Part shown: positions 21,992 through 30,021 of the stretch, in pieces | Layout of the letters: the number at the start of each line of letters is the position of its first letter | Numbering within the stretch: position 1 is the stretch's first letter | DNA from: Rhodospirillales bacterium | GTDB taxonomy: Bacteria > Pseudomonadota > Alphaproteobacteria > Rhodospirillales > 2-02-FULL-58-16 | Assembly: GCA_046756945.1 (NCBI GenBank) | Contig: JBHHXI010000001.1 | Location: forward strand, 3,946-67,945 | DNA: 64,000 nucleotides | Direction of reading: 5' to 3' | Translations under genes and position numbers: made by a program | The notes under the pieces: generated by a model | What the model saw: the letters and a program-made list of their open reading frames with translations, nothing else | The model's database searches: none | Told to the model about the DNA's origin: nothing

Positions 21992-22978
21992 CTAAAACCC
22001 CTCCCCGAGCACCCGGTCGGGCGGCTTGTGGCCGTCGGTGAAGGTCTTGATGTTGACCACCACCTTTTCACCCATGTCGATGCGGCCTTCGAAGGTGGCC
22101 GATCCCATGTGCGGCAACAGCAACACGTTGTCCAGTTCGAGAAGCTTCGGATTCACCGCCGGCGCGTGTTCGAACACATCCAGACCGGCGCCGGCGATAT
22201 CGCCGGCCCTCAGCAGGCGGGTCAGCGCGTTCTCGTCGATGACCTCGCCGCGCGAGGTATTGACGATGTAGGCGTGGGGCTGCAGCAGCTTCAGGCGCCG
22301 CTCGGACAGCAGGTAATAGGTGGCCGGCGTGTGGGGGCAGTTGACGGAGATGATGTCCATGCGCGCCAGCATCTGATCCAGGCTTTCCCAGTAGGTGGCC
22401 TCCAGTTCGGCTTCCACGTCGGGGTGATGCCGGCGCCGGTTGTGATAATGGATGGAGAGGCCGAACCCCCGCGCCCGGCGCGCCACCGCCTGGCCGATGC
22501 GGCCCATGCCGATGATGCCGAGCCGCTTGCCGTAGATGCGGTGGCCGAGCATCCAGTTGGGCGACCATCCTTCCCACCGGCCCGACCGCAGGACCCGCTC
22601 GCCCTCCGCCAGACGGCGCGGCACGGCCAGGATCAGGGCCATGGTCATGTCGGCGGTATCCTCGGTCAGCACGTCCGGCGTGTTGGTCACCACGATGTCG
22701 TGTTTGCGCGCGGCGGCGAGGTCGATGTGGTCGACCCCGGTGCCGTAATTGGCGATCAGACGCATACGCGGGCCGGCCTGGGCGAGGAGCTGGGAATCGA
22801 TGCGGTCGGTCAGGGTGGGGACCAGAACATCCGCCGTCTTCACCGCCTCGATCAACTGGTCCGTGCTCATGGGCTTGTCGTCCAGGTTCAACTGGACGTC
22901 AAACAGTTCCATCATCCGGGTTTCAACGGCATCCGGCAGCTTGCGGGTGACCACCACCAGCGGCGTTTTATTGGCCAT
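21992..22978 (-). CDS. D-2-hydroxyacid dehydrogenase (glyoxylate/hydroxypyruvate reductase-like)
   Basis: Track ORF of 328 aa with NAD motif GIIGMGRIGQAVARR and the catalytic region LLPHMGSAT. Confidence 0.88.
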   Translation of the reverse strand: MANKTPLVVVTRKLPDAVETRMMELFDVQLNLDDKPMSTDQLIEAVKTADVLVPTLTDRIDSQLLAQAGPRMRLIANYGTGVDHIDLAAARKHDIVVTNTPDVLTEDTADMTMALILAVPRRLAEGERVLRSGRWEGWSPNWMLGHRIYGKRLGIIGMGRIGQAVARRARGFGLSIHYHNRRRHHPDVEAELEATYWESLDQMLARMDIISVNCPHTPATYYLLSERRLKLLQPHAYIVNTSRGEVIDENALTRLLRAGDIAGAGLDVFEHAPAVNPKLLELDNVLLLPHMGSATFEGRIDMGEKVVVNIKTFTDGHKPPDRVLGEGF

Positions 22979-23117
22979 CAGAAATCCCCTCAGCGGGCGT
23001 CCGCGCCGTCAGGCCATAGCAACAAGGGGAAGCCTTGTCCAGCATCGCGTGGTCGGGGGCCGCCTGCCTGCGCGAAGCCGCCCGGCGGGACGGACGGGAG
23101 CGGCGCGAACGGATGTC

Positions 23118-23148
23118 TTGACCGCCGCCGAGGGACCGGCCGTATAAT
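23118..23148 (+). promoter_or_regulatory. putative promoter, TTGACC-N19-TATAAT
   Basis: TTGACC at 23118-23123 and a perfect TATAAT at 23143-23148, about 47 nt upstream of the SH3 gene ATG. The spacer is longer than optimal. Confidence 0.3.
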
Positions 23149-23194
23149 GGGGGCGTCCCGATGTCACCATCTTTTCGGTTCGGTCGCCCCTGCC

Positions 23195-23698
23195 ATGACT
23201 GCGCGGTCCATTCTGATTCTTGTATTCGCGGCCATCCTGTATTCGGGGATGTTGCCGGCATGGGCGGCGCCCGAAGGCTCGGGCCTGCCGCTGCCCCGTT
23301 TCGTTCACCTGCGCGCCGGCGAGGTGAACATGCGCACCGGCCCGGGGGTTCAATATCCGGTGGAGTGGGTGTACCGGCGCCAAAACCTGCCCCTTGAGGT
23401 CATCGCCGAGCACCGCACGTGGCGCAAGGTGAGGGACTGGCAGGGCACCCAGGGCTGGATACACCAGAGCATGCTGAGTGGGCAGCGCACCTTTATCGTC
23501 ACCGGCGCCGTCCGCACCCTGCGCGACGAGGCGGACGCCAGGAGCACGCCGATGGCGCGGGCCGAACCGGGCGTCGTCGGGCGCCTGATGGAATGCCCGA
23601 ATGACAGCGGCTGGTGCAAGGTGGAGATCGACGAGTTCACGGGCTGGCTAAGACGGGTCGACTTCTGGGGCACCCACGCCAACGAGGCGGTGAAGTGA
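23195..23698 (+). CDS. SH3-like domain-containing exported protein (DUF1058-like)
   Basis: In-frame tail of spurious track ORF 20840..23698. ATG at 23195. Signal peptide MTARSILILVFAAILYSGMLPAWAAP, followed by NMRTGPGVQYPVEWVY and GWIHQSML. Confidence 0.75.
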   Translation: MTARSILILVFAAILYSGMLPAWAAPEGSGLPLPRFVHLRAGEVNMRTGPGVQYPVEWVYRRQNLPLEVIAEHRTWRKVRDWQGTQGWIHQSMLSGQRTFIVTGAVRTLRDEADARSTPMARAEPGVVGRLMECPNDSGWCKVEIDEFTGWLRRVDFWGTHANEAVK

Positions 23699-23788
23699 GG
23701 GGGCAGAGATCAGAGGTCAGAAAACAGAGAACAGAAGTCGGCCATTCGAAATTTGACCTCTGACCTCTGACCTCTGACCTCTGTCTTC
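23699..23788. repeat. heptanucleotide repeat array: degenerate G-N4-CA units facing 4 perfect TGACCTC units
   Basis: TGACCTC occurs at 23754, 23761, 23768 and 23775, with a degenerate TGTCTTC at 23782. The left arm runs GAGATCA, GAGGTCA, GAAAACA, GAGAACA, GAAGTCG (23706-23740), preceded by a looser GGGGGCA at 23699-23705. Confidence 0.85.
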
Positions 23789-24374
23789 ACTTGAAATCCC
23801 CGGCCAGGGCGGCGCGGACGGCCTCGGGCAGGCGCGCCATGTGGCCGTAGTTCTCGTGGCCGATGCCCAAGGTGACGTCCGCCCCGGGCGTGGCGAACTT
23901 TTCGACCTGCGCCGGCGTGAAGGGAAAGCGCAGGAAATGCACCGATGACGCCCTGCCGGCGGCGGTGCTGCGGTCCACGTCTCCCTCGGGCACGGCGCGG
24001 ATGGTTTCGCCGTCGACGCTGAGGGTCACCGTGTTCTCCACGCCGCCGAGCCGGGCCAGGACGCGGGCGCGGCGGTCGGCGTCGTCGATCTCGAACATCA
24101 GGGTGGCGACCAGGTTGTTCCCCTTGGGGACAAGCGGGTTATAGGCCGCCAGTTCGTCGGCGATCTGGTCCTCGCCCCCCTTCTCGATGTAGAGCATCTC
24201 GTGGATCTGGTGCCACATGGTTTCGTAACACTCGAAACTGAACATGGCGTCGGGACCGACCGCCAGGCGGCGGGTCTTTTTCAGCTCCATCATCGCCGGG
24301 CGGCGCTGGCGCCGTGTCTTCGCGTATTCGTCGACCGGCATGATGTCGGCGCGGGTGATCTCGGTTTTTGCCAT
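23787..24374 (-). CDS. DUF3501 family protein
   Basis: Track ORF of 195 aa (MAKTEITRADIMPVDEYAKTRRQRRPAMMELKKTRRLAVGPDAMFSFE...). The family assignment is from memory of the usual Rbr / Hdr-like / DUF3501 neighbourhood. Confidence 0.6.
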   Translation of the reverse strand: MAKTEITRADIMPVDEYAKTRRQRRPAMMELKKTRRLAVGPDAMFSFECYETMWHQIHEMLYIEKGGEDQIADELAAYNPLVPKGNNLVATLMFEIDDADRRARVLARLGGVENTVTLSVDGETIRAVPEGDVDRSTAAGRASSVHFLRFPFTPAQVEKFATPGADVTLGIGHENYGHMARLPEAVRAALAGDFK

Positions 24375-24387
24375 TGCTCGTTCCCGC

Positions 24388-25719
24388 TCACAGCCCGCTG
24401 GCCAGGGCGATCAACTGGATGGGATGCTGTGCCCCTTCGACGGCCGGGCCGCCGCCGTCCAGACGCTCCATCCCCTGCACGATGTGCGCGCGGGCCAGGG
24501 GACATTCGGAAACGATGAACGCCGCCTTCGTCCCGGCCGCCTGGCGTGCCACCGGCCGGCCTGTCTTCAGGGCCACCGGGAACATGTCCTTTCTGATCCC
24601 CCAGGCGCCGCCGTGCCCCGAACAGCGCTCGATCACCGAGACCTTGGTGTCGGGCACCAGCGCCAGCATCTCGGCCGCCTTGCGGCCCATGTTCTGGGCC
24701 CGGGCATGGCAGGCGATGTGCACCGCGACATCGCCCGCCAGGGGCTTCAGGGGCCGGGCCAGGCCCTCTTTTTTCGCGATGTCGACCACGTACTCGCTGA
24801 TGTCGAAGGTGGCCCGGCTGAGCCGGATGACATCGTCGTCACCGGGCATGATCAGCGGCCATTCGAACTTGAGCATGAGACTGCACGACGGAACCAGGGA
24901 GACGACGTCGTATCCCGTGTCGATCCAGCCCCGCAACCCGGCCGCCACGGCGCACGCCGCCGCGGCGACCCCGGCGATGTCGCCGGACTCAAGCCGCGGC
25001 ATGCCGCAACAGGCGGGATGGACGACTTCCGTTTCGACGCCGTTCGCCGCCAGCACGGCGCGCGCCGCGACGCCGATGTCGGGGCCGTTGTAGTTGCCGA
25101 AACAGGTGGCGTAGATCACCGCCTTGCGGCCGAAGGCGGGGGCATCCCGGTTGACCGGCGCCGGCGCCGGGCGGTCCGTCAGGGTCGGGCGGTGGAATTT
25201 GGGCAGCTCCGCTTCGCGGTGAATACCGGCCGCCGCCTCCATCAACGGCCGGGTCAGGCGGTTGCCGCGGTCCGTCGCCCAGTTGGCGAGCGGCGCCATC
25301 GAACACCCGAGCCGGCCGTTGCGGTCGGTCCTGGCGAGCTGGCGCGCGGCGAAACCGACCTTGCCCTCCCTCGCCTCGACCGCCCGGTAGCGCAGCATGA
25401 GGTGGGGGAAATCCAGGTTGAACTGGTGGGGCGGCACGTACGGACACTTGGTCATGAAGCACATGTCGCAGAGGGTGCAGGCGTCCGCCACACCCTTGAA
25501 ATCGCCGCTCGACACCCCGTCCACCTCGCCCGTATCGCTGCCGTCGATCAGGTCGAACAGGCGCGGGAAGGCGTCGCACAGGTTGAAGCAGCGCCGGCAG
25601 CCGTGGCAGATGTCGAAGACCCGGCGCAACTCTTCGTCCAACTTCTGGCGATCGTGGAAATCCGCCTCCCGCCAGGGGATGGGATGGCGTTCGGGCGCCT
25701 CCAGGCTACCTTCGCGCAT
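24388..25719 (-). CDS. heterodisulfide reductase (HdrD/GlpC)-related Fe-S protein
   Basis: Track ORF of 443 aa with two 4Fe-4S motifs (CHGCRRCFNLC, CTLCDMCFMTKCP) and a CCG-type cysteine motif (HPACCGMP). Confidence 0.8.
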   Translation of the reverse strand: MREGSLEAPERHPIPWREADFHDRQKLDEELRRVFDICHGCRRCFNLCDAFPRLFDLIDGSDTGEVDGVSSGDFKGVADACTLCDMCFMTKCPYVPPHQFNLDFPHLMLRYRAVEAREGKVGFAARQLARTDRNGRLGCSMAPLANWATDRGNRLTRPLMEAAAGIHREAELPKFHRPTLTDRPAPAPVNRDAPAFGRKAVIYATCFGNYNGPDIGVAARAVLAANGVETEVVHPACCGMPRLESGDIAGVAAAACAVAAGLRGWIDTGYDVVSLVPSCSLMLKFEWPLIMPGDDDVIRLSRATFDISEYVVDIAKKEGLARPLKPLAGDVAVHIACHARAQNMGRKAAEMLALVPDTKVSVIERCSGHGGAWGIRKDMFPVALKTGRPVARQAAGTKAAFIVSECPLARAHIVQGMERLDGGGPAVEGAQHPIQLIALASGL

Positions 25720-25812
25720 GTGTGCGCTCCTTACCGTATGGCTACGGCTCCCCTAGAAATACGGGGGATCCGCCGGACCCCCCGCTGGTGCAAAGAATCC
25801 GGGGGACAGCCT

Positions 25813-26232
25813 TCAATCCATGCCGTCAAGCGCCTTCTGGAACCGGCCGGCGTGGGATTTTTCGGCCTTGGCCAGGGTTTCGAACCAGTCGGCGATCTCG
25901 TCGAACCCTTCCTCGCGGGCCGACTTCGCCATGCCGGGATACATGTCGGTGTACTCGTACGTCTCACCGGCGATGGCCGCCTTCAGATTGTCCTCGGTCG
26001 GTCCGATGGGAAGGTCGGTGGCCGGGTCGCCGACCTCCTCGAGGTACTCGAGATGGCCATGGGCGTGGCCGGTTTCACCTTCGGCGGTGGAGCGGAAGAC
26101 GGCGGAAACGTCGTTGTAACCCTCGATGTCGGCTTTGCGGGCGAAATACAGGTAGCGGCGGTTGGCCTGGGATTCGCCGGCAAAGGCGTCTTTCAGGTTC
26201 TTTTCGGTCTTGGTTCCCTTCAATGCAGGCAT
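25813..26232 (-). CDS. rubrerythrin family protein (erythrin type, no rubredoxin domain)
   Basis: Track ORF of 139 aa. Four-helix diiron ligand motifs [27 protein letters not shown] and AEKSHAGRF. Confidence 0.88.
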   Translation of the reverse strand: MPALKGTKTEKNLKDAFAGESQANRRYLYFARKADIEGYNDVSAVFRSTAEGETGHAHGHLEYLEEVGDPATDLPIGPTEDNLKAAIAGETYEYTDMYPGMAKSAREEGFDEIADWFETLAKAEKSHAGRFQKALDGMD

Positions 26233-26343
26233 GGTTTTCTCCCCTTATCGGGTCTCCTCCCGATGGCAAATACGAATCGCGCCGAGCCGGCGCCAAAGGC
26301 CTCATCCCCCAATATGAGGGCAGTTGGCCGCCGTGTCAATGAT

Positions 26344-26360
26344 TTTATAGGAATTCTAAG
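26344..26360. promoter_or_regulatory. ICE-like (Irr-box-like) inverted repeat, TTTATAG-GAA-TTCTAAG
   Basis: Matches 11 of 14 half-site positions of the remembered ICE consensus TTTAGAA-N3-TTCTAAA. It lies 112-128 nt upstream of the rubrerythrin start. Confidence 0.35.
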
Positions 26361-26393
26361 AACGTAAATAGCATACTGTTTTTATTTATATTT

Positions 26394-26807
26394 TTAGTCG
26401 GAGTCGTCGAGCCTGATGACCACGGCGACACGCTTGACCCGTGTCCCCTTGGGTGGATCCGGCATCCGGGCGAAGACGATCCGGTCGGTGGAAATGTCGT
26501 CCAGCCGGCCGGAATTTTCGAAGAAGAAGTGGTAGTGTTCGCTGATATTGGTGTCGAAATAGGAGCGCTGGGAATCGACCACGATCTCGCGCAACAATCC
26601 GGCGGCGGTGAACTGGTGCAGGGTGTTGTACACGGTGGCCAGGGAGACCCGGATGGCGGCCCCCAGCGCCTCGCCATGGAGAGTTTCGGCGGTCACATGG
26701 CGGTCGCCCCCATCGAACAGCAGCTTGGCAAGGGCCAGGCGCTGACGGGTGGGCCGCAGCCCCGCCGCACGCAACCGCTCGAGAACCTGGGTGTAGGGTC
26801 TAGCCAT
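26394..26807 (-). CDS. irr: Fur-family regulator, Irr-like (iron response regulator)
   Basis: Track ORF of 137 aa with a Fur fold (RPTRQRLALAKLL, SLATVYNTLHQF). It has no cysteines and carries YFDTNISEHYHFFFE, aligning with the Irr HxH region. It sits adjacent to fabA-fabB-fabI. Confidence 0.7.
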   Translation of the reverse strand: MARPYTQVLERLRAAGLRPTRQRLALAKLLFDGGDRHVTAETLHGEALGAAIRVSLATVYNTLHQFTAAGLLREIVVDSQRSYFDTNISEHYHFFFENSGRLDDISTDRIVFARMPDPPKGTRVKRVAVVIRLDDSD

Positions 26808-26861
26808 CGTAACTCCCCGTATATAGGTACACTCGGACCGATGCTCAACACTTTCATATTA

Positions 26862-26878
26862 CCATAATTAAATTATGG
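26862..26878. promoter_or_regulatory. 17-bp perfect palindrome CCATAATT-A-AATTATGG (candidate operator upstream of irr)
   Basis: Read directly from the sequence. It lies 55-71 nt upstream of the irr ATG, in an AT-rich gap between fabI and irr. Confidence 0.35.
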
Positions 26879-26976
26879 AAATATGAAAAAAAGACATTTT
26901 CTCGTGGACAGGAATACCCAGTTGAAACAATTTTGATCCGCCTGCCTATCGGCCTGGATACACGCCTAAATGCGGG

Positions 26977-27774
26977 TCACCGGCGGGGCCGGGCCGGAAT
27001 TGCCACGATATCGTAGCCGCTGTCCACGTGAAGGACTTCGCCCGTCACTCCCCCGGAAAGGTCGCTGAGCAGGTAGAGCGCGACGCCTCCTATATCGTCC
27101 AGACGGATATTGCGCCTCAACGGTGAGTGGTCCTGGCTCCATCTCAGGACCTCCCGGGCATCGCTGATCGCGCTTCCGGCAAGGGTCCTCATGGGACCCG
27201 CGGAAATGGCGTTGACCCGGATTTTTTCCGGACCCAGGTCGGCGGCAAGGTAGCGCACGCTTGCCTCGAGAGCCGCCTTGGCCACCCCCATGACGTTGTA
27301 ATTGGGCATGACACGCTCGGCCCCGGAAAAGGTGAGGGTCAGCAGGCTGCCCCCTGACGGCATCATCGCGGCCGCACGCTGGGCGACGGCGGTAAAGGAA
27401 AAGCACGAGACATCCAGGGTCCGGGTAAAATTCTCCACCGTGGTGTCCACGTACCGGCCCTTGAGCTCCGCCTTGTCGGAGTAGGCAATGGCGTGCACGA
27501 CAAAATCGACGGCGCCCCATTCTTCCTTGAGCGCCGCGAAAACCGCATCCACGCTGGGCCCGTCCTCGACGTCACAGGGCAGCACGATGGTGGAGCCGAC
27601 CGATTCGGCCAGCGGCCCGACGCGCCTGCCGAAGGCGCCGCCCTGATGGGTGAACGCCATCTCGGCCCCATGCCGGTGCAACGCCGAGGCGATCCCCCAG
27701 GCGATGGAATGATCGTTGGCGACCCCCATGATGAGGCCTTTTTTGCCAACCATCAGTCTGTTCACATGGGCCAT
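26977..27774 (-). CDS. fabI: enoyl-ACP reductase FabI
   Basis: Track ORF 26977..27825 trimmed to ATG 27774 (MAHVNRLMVGKKGLIMGVANDHSIAWGIA). The start is uncertain; 27753 is also possible. Confidence 0.92.
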   Translation of the reverse strand: MAHVNRLMVGKKGLIMGVANDHSIAWGIASALHRHGAEMAFTHQGGAFGRRVGPLAESVGSTIVLPCDVEDGPSVDAVFAALKEEWGAVDFVVHAIAYSDKAELKGRYVDTTVENFTRTLDVSCFSFTAVAQRAAAMMPSGGSLLTLTFSGAERVMPNYNVMGVAKAALEASVRYLAADLGPEKIRVNAISAGPMRTLAGSAISDAREVLRWSQDHSPLRRNIRLDDIGGVALYLLSDLSGGVTGEVLHVDSGYDIVAIPARPRR

Positions 27775-27858
27775 GGAAGCGTCACCCGCGCCGGAACCGG
27801 CGGGGGCCCGGGATGCCTTGTTCACGGTCCATATGCGGGCAACGGGCGGGGGCGACCG

Positions 27859-29076
27859 TCATTCTTCGAATCGGGTAAATACCAGCGCGGCGTTCGTGCC
27901 GCCGAATCCGAAGCTGTTGGAGAGGACGGCGTTCAGCCGAACGTTGTCGCGGCGGTCAAGGACGATCGGCATGCCGCGCGCCTCGGGGTCCAGGTCGGTG
28001 ACGTTCGCCGAGGCGCAAATGAAATTGTTCTCCATCATCAGCAGGCAGTAAATGGCTTCCTGGACGCCGGCGGCGCCAAGGGAATGGCCGCTCAGCGACT
28101 TGGTCGAGTTGAAGGCCGGCATGCCGTTGGGGAACACCTCGCGCATGGCTTCCAGTTCCTTGACGTCGCCCACCGGCGTGCTGGTGCCATGGGTATTGAC
28201 GTAGTCGACCGGCCGCTCGAGCCCGGCCATGGCCATCCGCATGCACCGCACCGCGCCTTCGCCGGACGGCTGCACCATGTCGTATCCGTCCGACGTGGCG
28301 CCATAGCCGGCGATTTCGGCATAGATCCGGGCGCCACGCGCCTTGGCATGCTCCAGTTCCTCGAGTACCAGCACGCCGCCGCCGCCGGCGATGACAAAGC
28401 CGTCGCGCTCGGCGTCGAAGGCGCGCGACGCCACCTCCGGCGTGTCGTTGAATTTGGACGACAGCGCCGGCATGGCGTCGAACAGGACCGACAGCGTCCA
28501 GTCGAGCTCCTCGCCGCCGCCGGCGAAGACCACGTCCTGCTTGTCCAGCTGAATCATTTCGTACCCGTTTCCGATGCAATGGGCGCTGGTCGCGCAGGCG
28601 GAGCTTATGGAGTAACTGACGCCCTTGATCTTGAACGGGGTGGCCAGGGTGGCGGAATTCGTGCTCGACATGGTTCTGGGAACCATGAACGGCCCAACCT
28701 TTTTGGCGTTCCGCTTGCGCACGGTGTCGGCGGCCGCCACCAGATTCCTCGTCGACGGCCCGCCCGATCCCATGATCAGCCCGGTGCGCTCGTTCGACAC
28801 CTGGTCCTCGGGCAGGCCGGCATCGGCAATGGCCTGTTCCATGGCCAGGAAATTGTACGCCGCGCCGTCCCCCATGAAGCGCCGCACCTTGCGGTCAATG
28901 GCGCCGTCCAGGTCGACCTTCGGCACACCGTGAACGTGGCTGCGGAAGCCGAGCTCGCGGTATTCCTCGCAGAACGAAATTCCCGAGCGCCCGGCGCGCA
29001 GCGAGTCCAGCACCTCCGCCTTGGTGTCGCCGATGCTGGAGATGATCCCCATGCCGGTCACGACAACGCGTCTCAT
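27859..29076 (-). CDS. fabB: 3-oxoacyl-ACP synthase I
   Basis: Track ORF of 405 aa: [16 protein letters not shown] and active-site Cys context [12 protein letters not shown]. Confidence 0.93.
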   Translation of the reverse strand: MRRVVVTGMGIISSIGDTKAEVLDSLRAGRSGISFCEEYRELGFRSHVHGVPKVDLDGAIDRKVRRFMGDGAAYNFLAMEQAIADAGLPEDQVSNERTGLIMGSGGPSTRNLVAAADTVRKRNAKKVGPFMVPRTMSSTNSATLATPFKIKGVSYSISSACATSAHCIGNGYEMIQLDKQDVVFAGGGEELDWTLSVLFDAMPALSSKFNDTPEVASRAFDAERDGFVIAGGGGVLVLEELEHAKARGARIYAEIAGYGATSDGYDMVQPSGEGAVRCMRMAMAGLERPVDYVNTHGTSTPVGDVKELEAMREVFPNGMPAFNSTKSLSGHSLGAAGVQEAIYCLLMMENNFICASANVTDLDPEARGMPIVLDRRDNVRLNAVLSNSFGFGGTNAALVFTRFEE

Positions 29077-29086
29077 GGATACACCG

Positions 29087-29602
29087 TCACCAATCGTCGA
29101 TCGTGGTGAACACGCCGACCCGCAGGTCCTTGGCCTCGTAGATGGAACGGCCGTCCACTTTCATCAAGCCGTCGGCGATGCCGATCGAGAACTGCCGCTT
29201 GATCACCCGCCTGATGTCGATGTGATAGGTCACCTTTTTGGCCGTCGGATCCACCTGGCCGCTGAACTTCACCGCGCCGACGCCGAGCGCCCGGCCCCGG
29301 CCCGGCGCCTCGAGCCAGCCCAGAAAGAACCCGACCAGTTGCCACAGCGCGTCCACGCCAAGGCAACCGGGCATGACCGGGTCGGACTGAAAATGACACT
29401 TGAAAAACCACAAATCCGGCCTGACATCCAGTTCCGCCAGGATTTCCCCCTTGCCGTAATGTCCGCCGTTGTCGCTGATCCTGACGATCCGGTCGAACAT
29501 CAAAAGGGGCGGCAGGGGCAACTGCGCGTTGCCCTGGCCGAACAATTTGCCCTGGGCGCATCGCAGGAGATCGTCGTACGAATAGCTGTTTTTCCTGCTC
29601 AA
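29087..29602 (-). CDS. fabA: 3-hydroxydecanoyl-ACP dehydratase / isomerase
   Basis: Track ORF 29087..29698 trimmed to TTG 29602, giving (M)[38 protein letters not shown]. This aligns with the remembered E. coli FabA N-terminus. Also contains [20 protein letters not shown]. Confidence 0.9.
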   Translation of the reverse strand: MSRKNSYSYDDLLRCAQGKLFGQGNAQLPLPPLLMFDRIVRISDNGGHYGKGEILAELDVRPDLWFFKCHFQSDPVMPGCLGVDALWQLVGFFLGWLEAPGRGRALGVGAVKFSGQVDPTAKKVTYHIDIRRVIKRQFSIGIADGLMKVDGRSIYEAKDLRVGVFTTIDDW

Positions 29603-29961
29603 ACGCGTCGACCCAATGTGCGCATCGGGCCGCCACCGCCCGACCCGCGCGAAACCACGGACCACGCCGGACACCGTTTCGCGGCCTCCAGCGCGCAAAT
29701 TCCGGAGCGGACGCTTCGCGCTGCCGGAGCCAGGGCCCTGGCCTCACCCACCGAAACCGGCGCGCACGAAATTTGCCTTGGTTTCACAAGGCGTCATTGA
29801 GGCCCCCATGGCTTCGCTCCGGCGATTGCGCAATCCGCCGTACGGTCCCCTGCTGCGGCGTCTTCGGCCGCTCCTCATTAACACTATATATAGAGGATTT
29901 GGGAAAAGACGACTCGCGGCACGATTTCTCCACGATTTTGCGCCGCCGGCCCGGTGGAACC

Positions 29962-30010
29962 GGGGGGAAAACAGGCGAAACGCCGGCCCGGTTTGCGGGC
30001 GGCATTTCGC
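29962..30010 (-). terminator. intrinsic terminator downstream of pnp
   Basis: The minus strand reads GCGAAAUGCCGCCCG-CAAAC-CGGGCCGGCGUUUCGC (about 15 bp with one bulge), followed by CUGUUUUCC. It starts 12 nt after the pnp stop. Confidence 0.55.
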
Positions 30011-30021
30011 CTTGGACGCGG

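Noticed and set aside
20840-23194. The first 785 aa of track ORF 20840..23698.
   Set aside because: This part is antisense to the aminotransferase and hydroxyacid dehydrogenase genes. Only the last 167 codons, from ATG 23195 with a signal peptide and SH3-like domain, look real.
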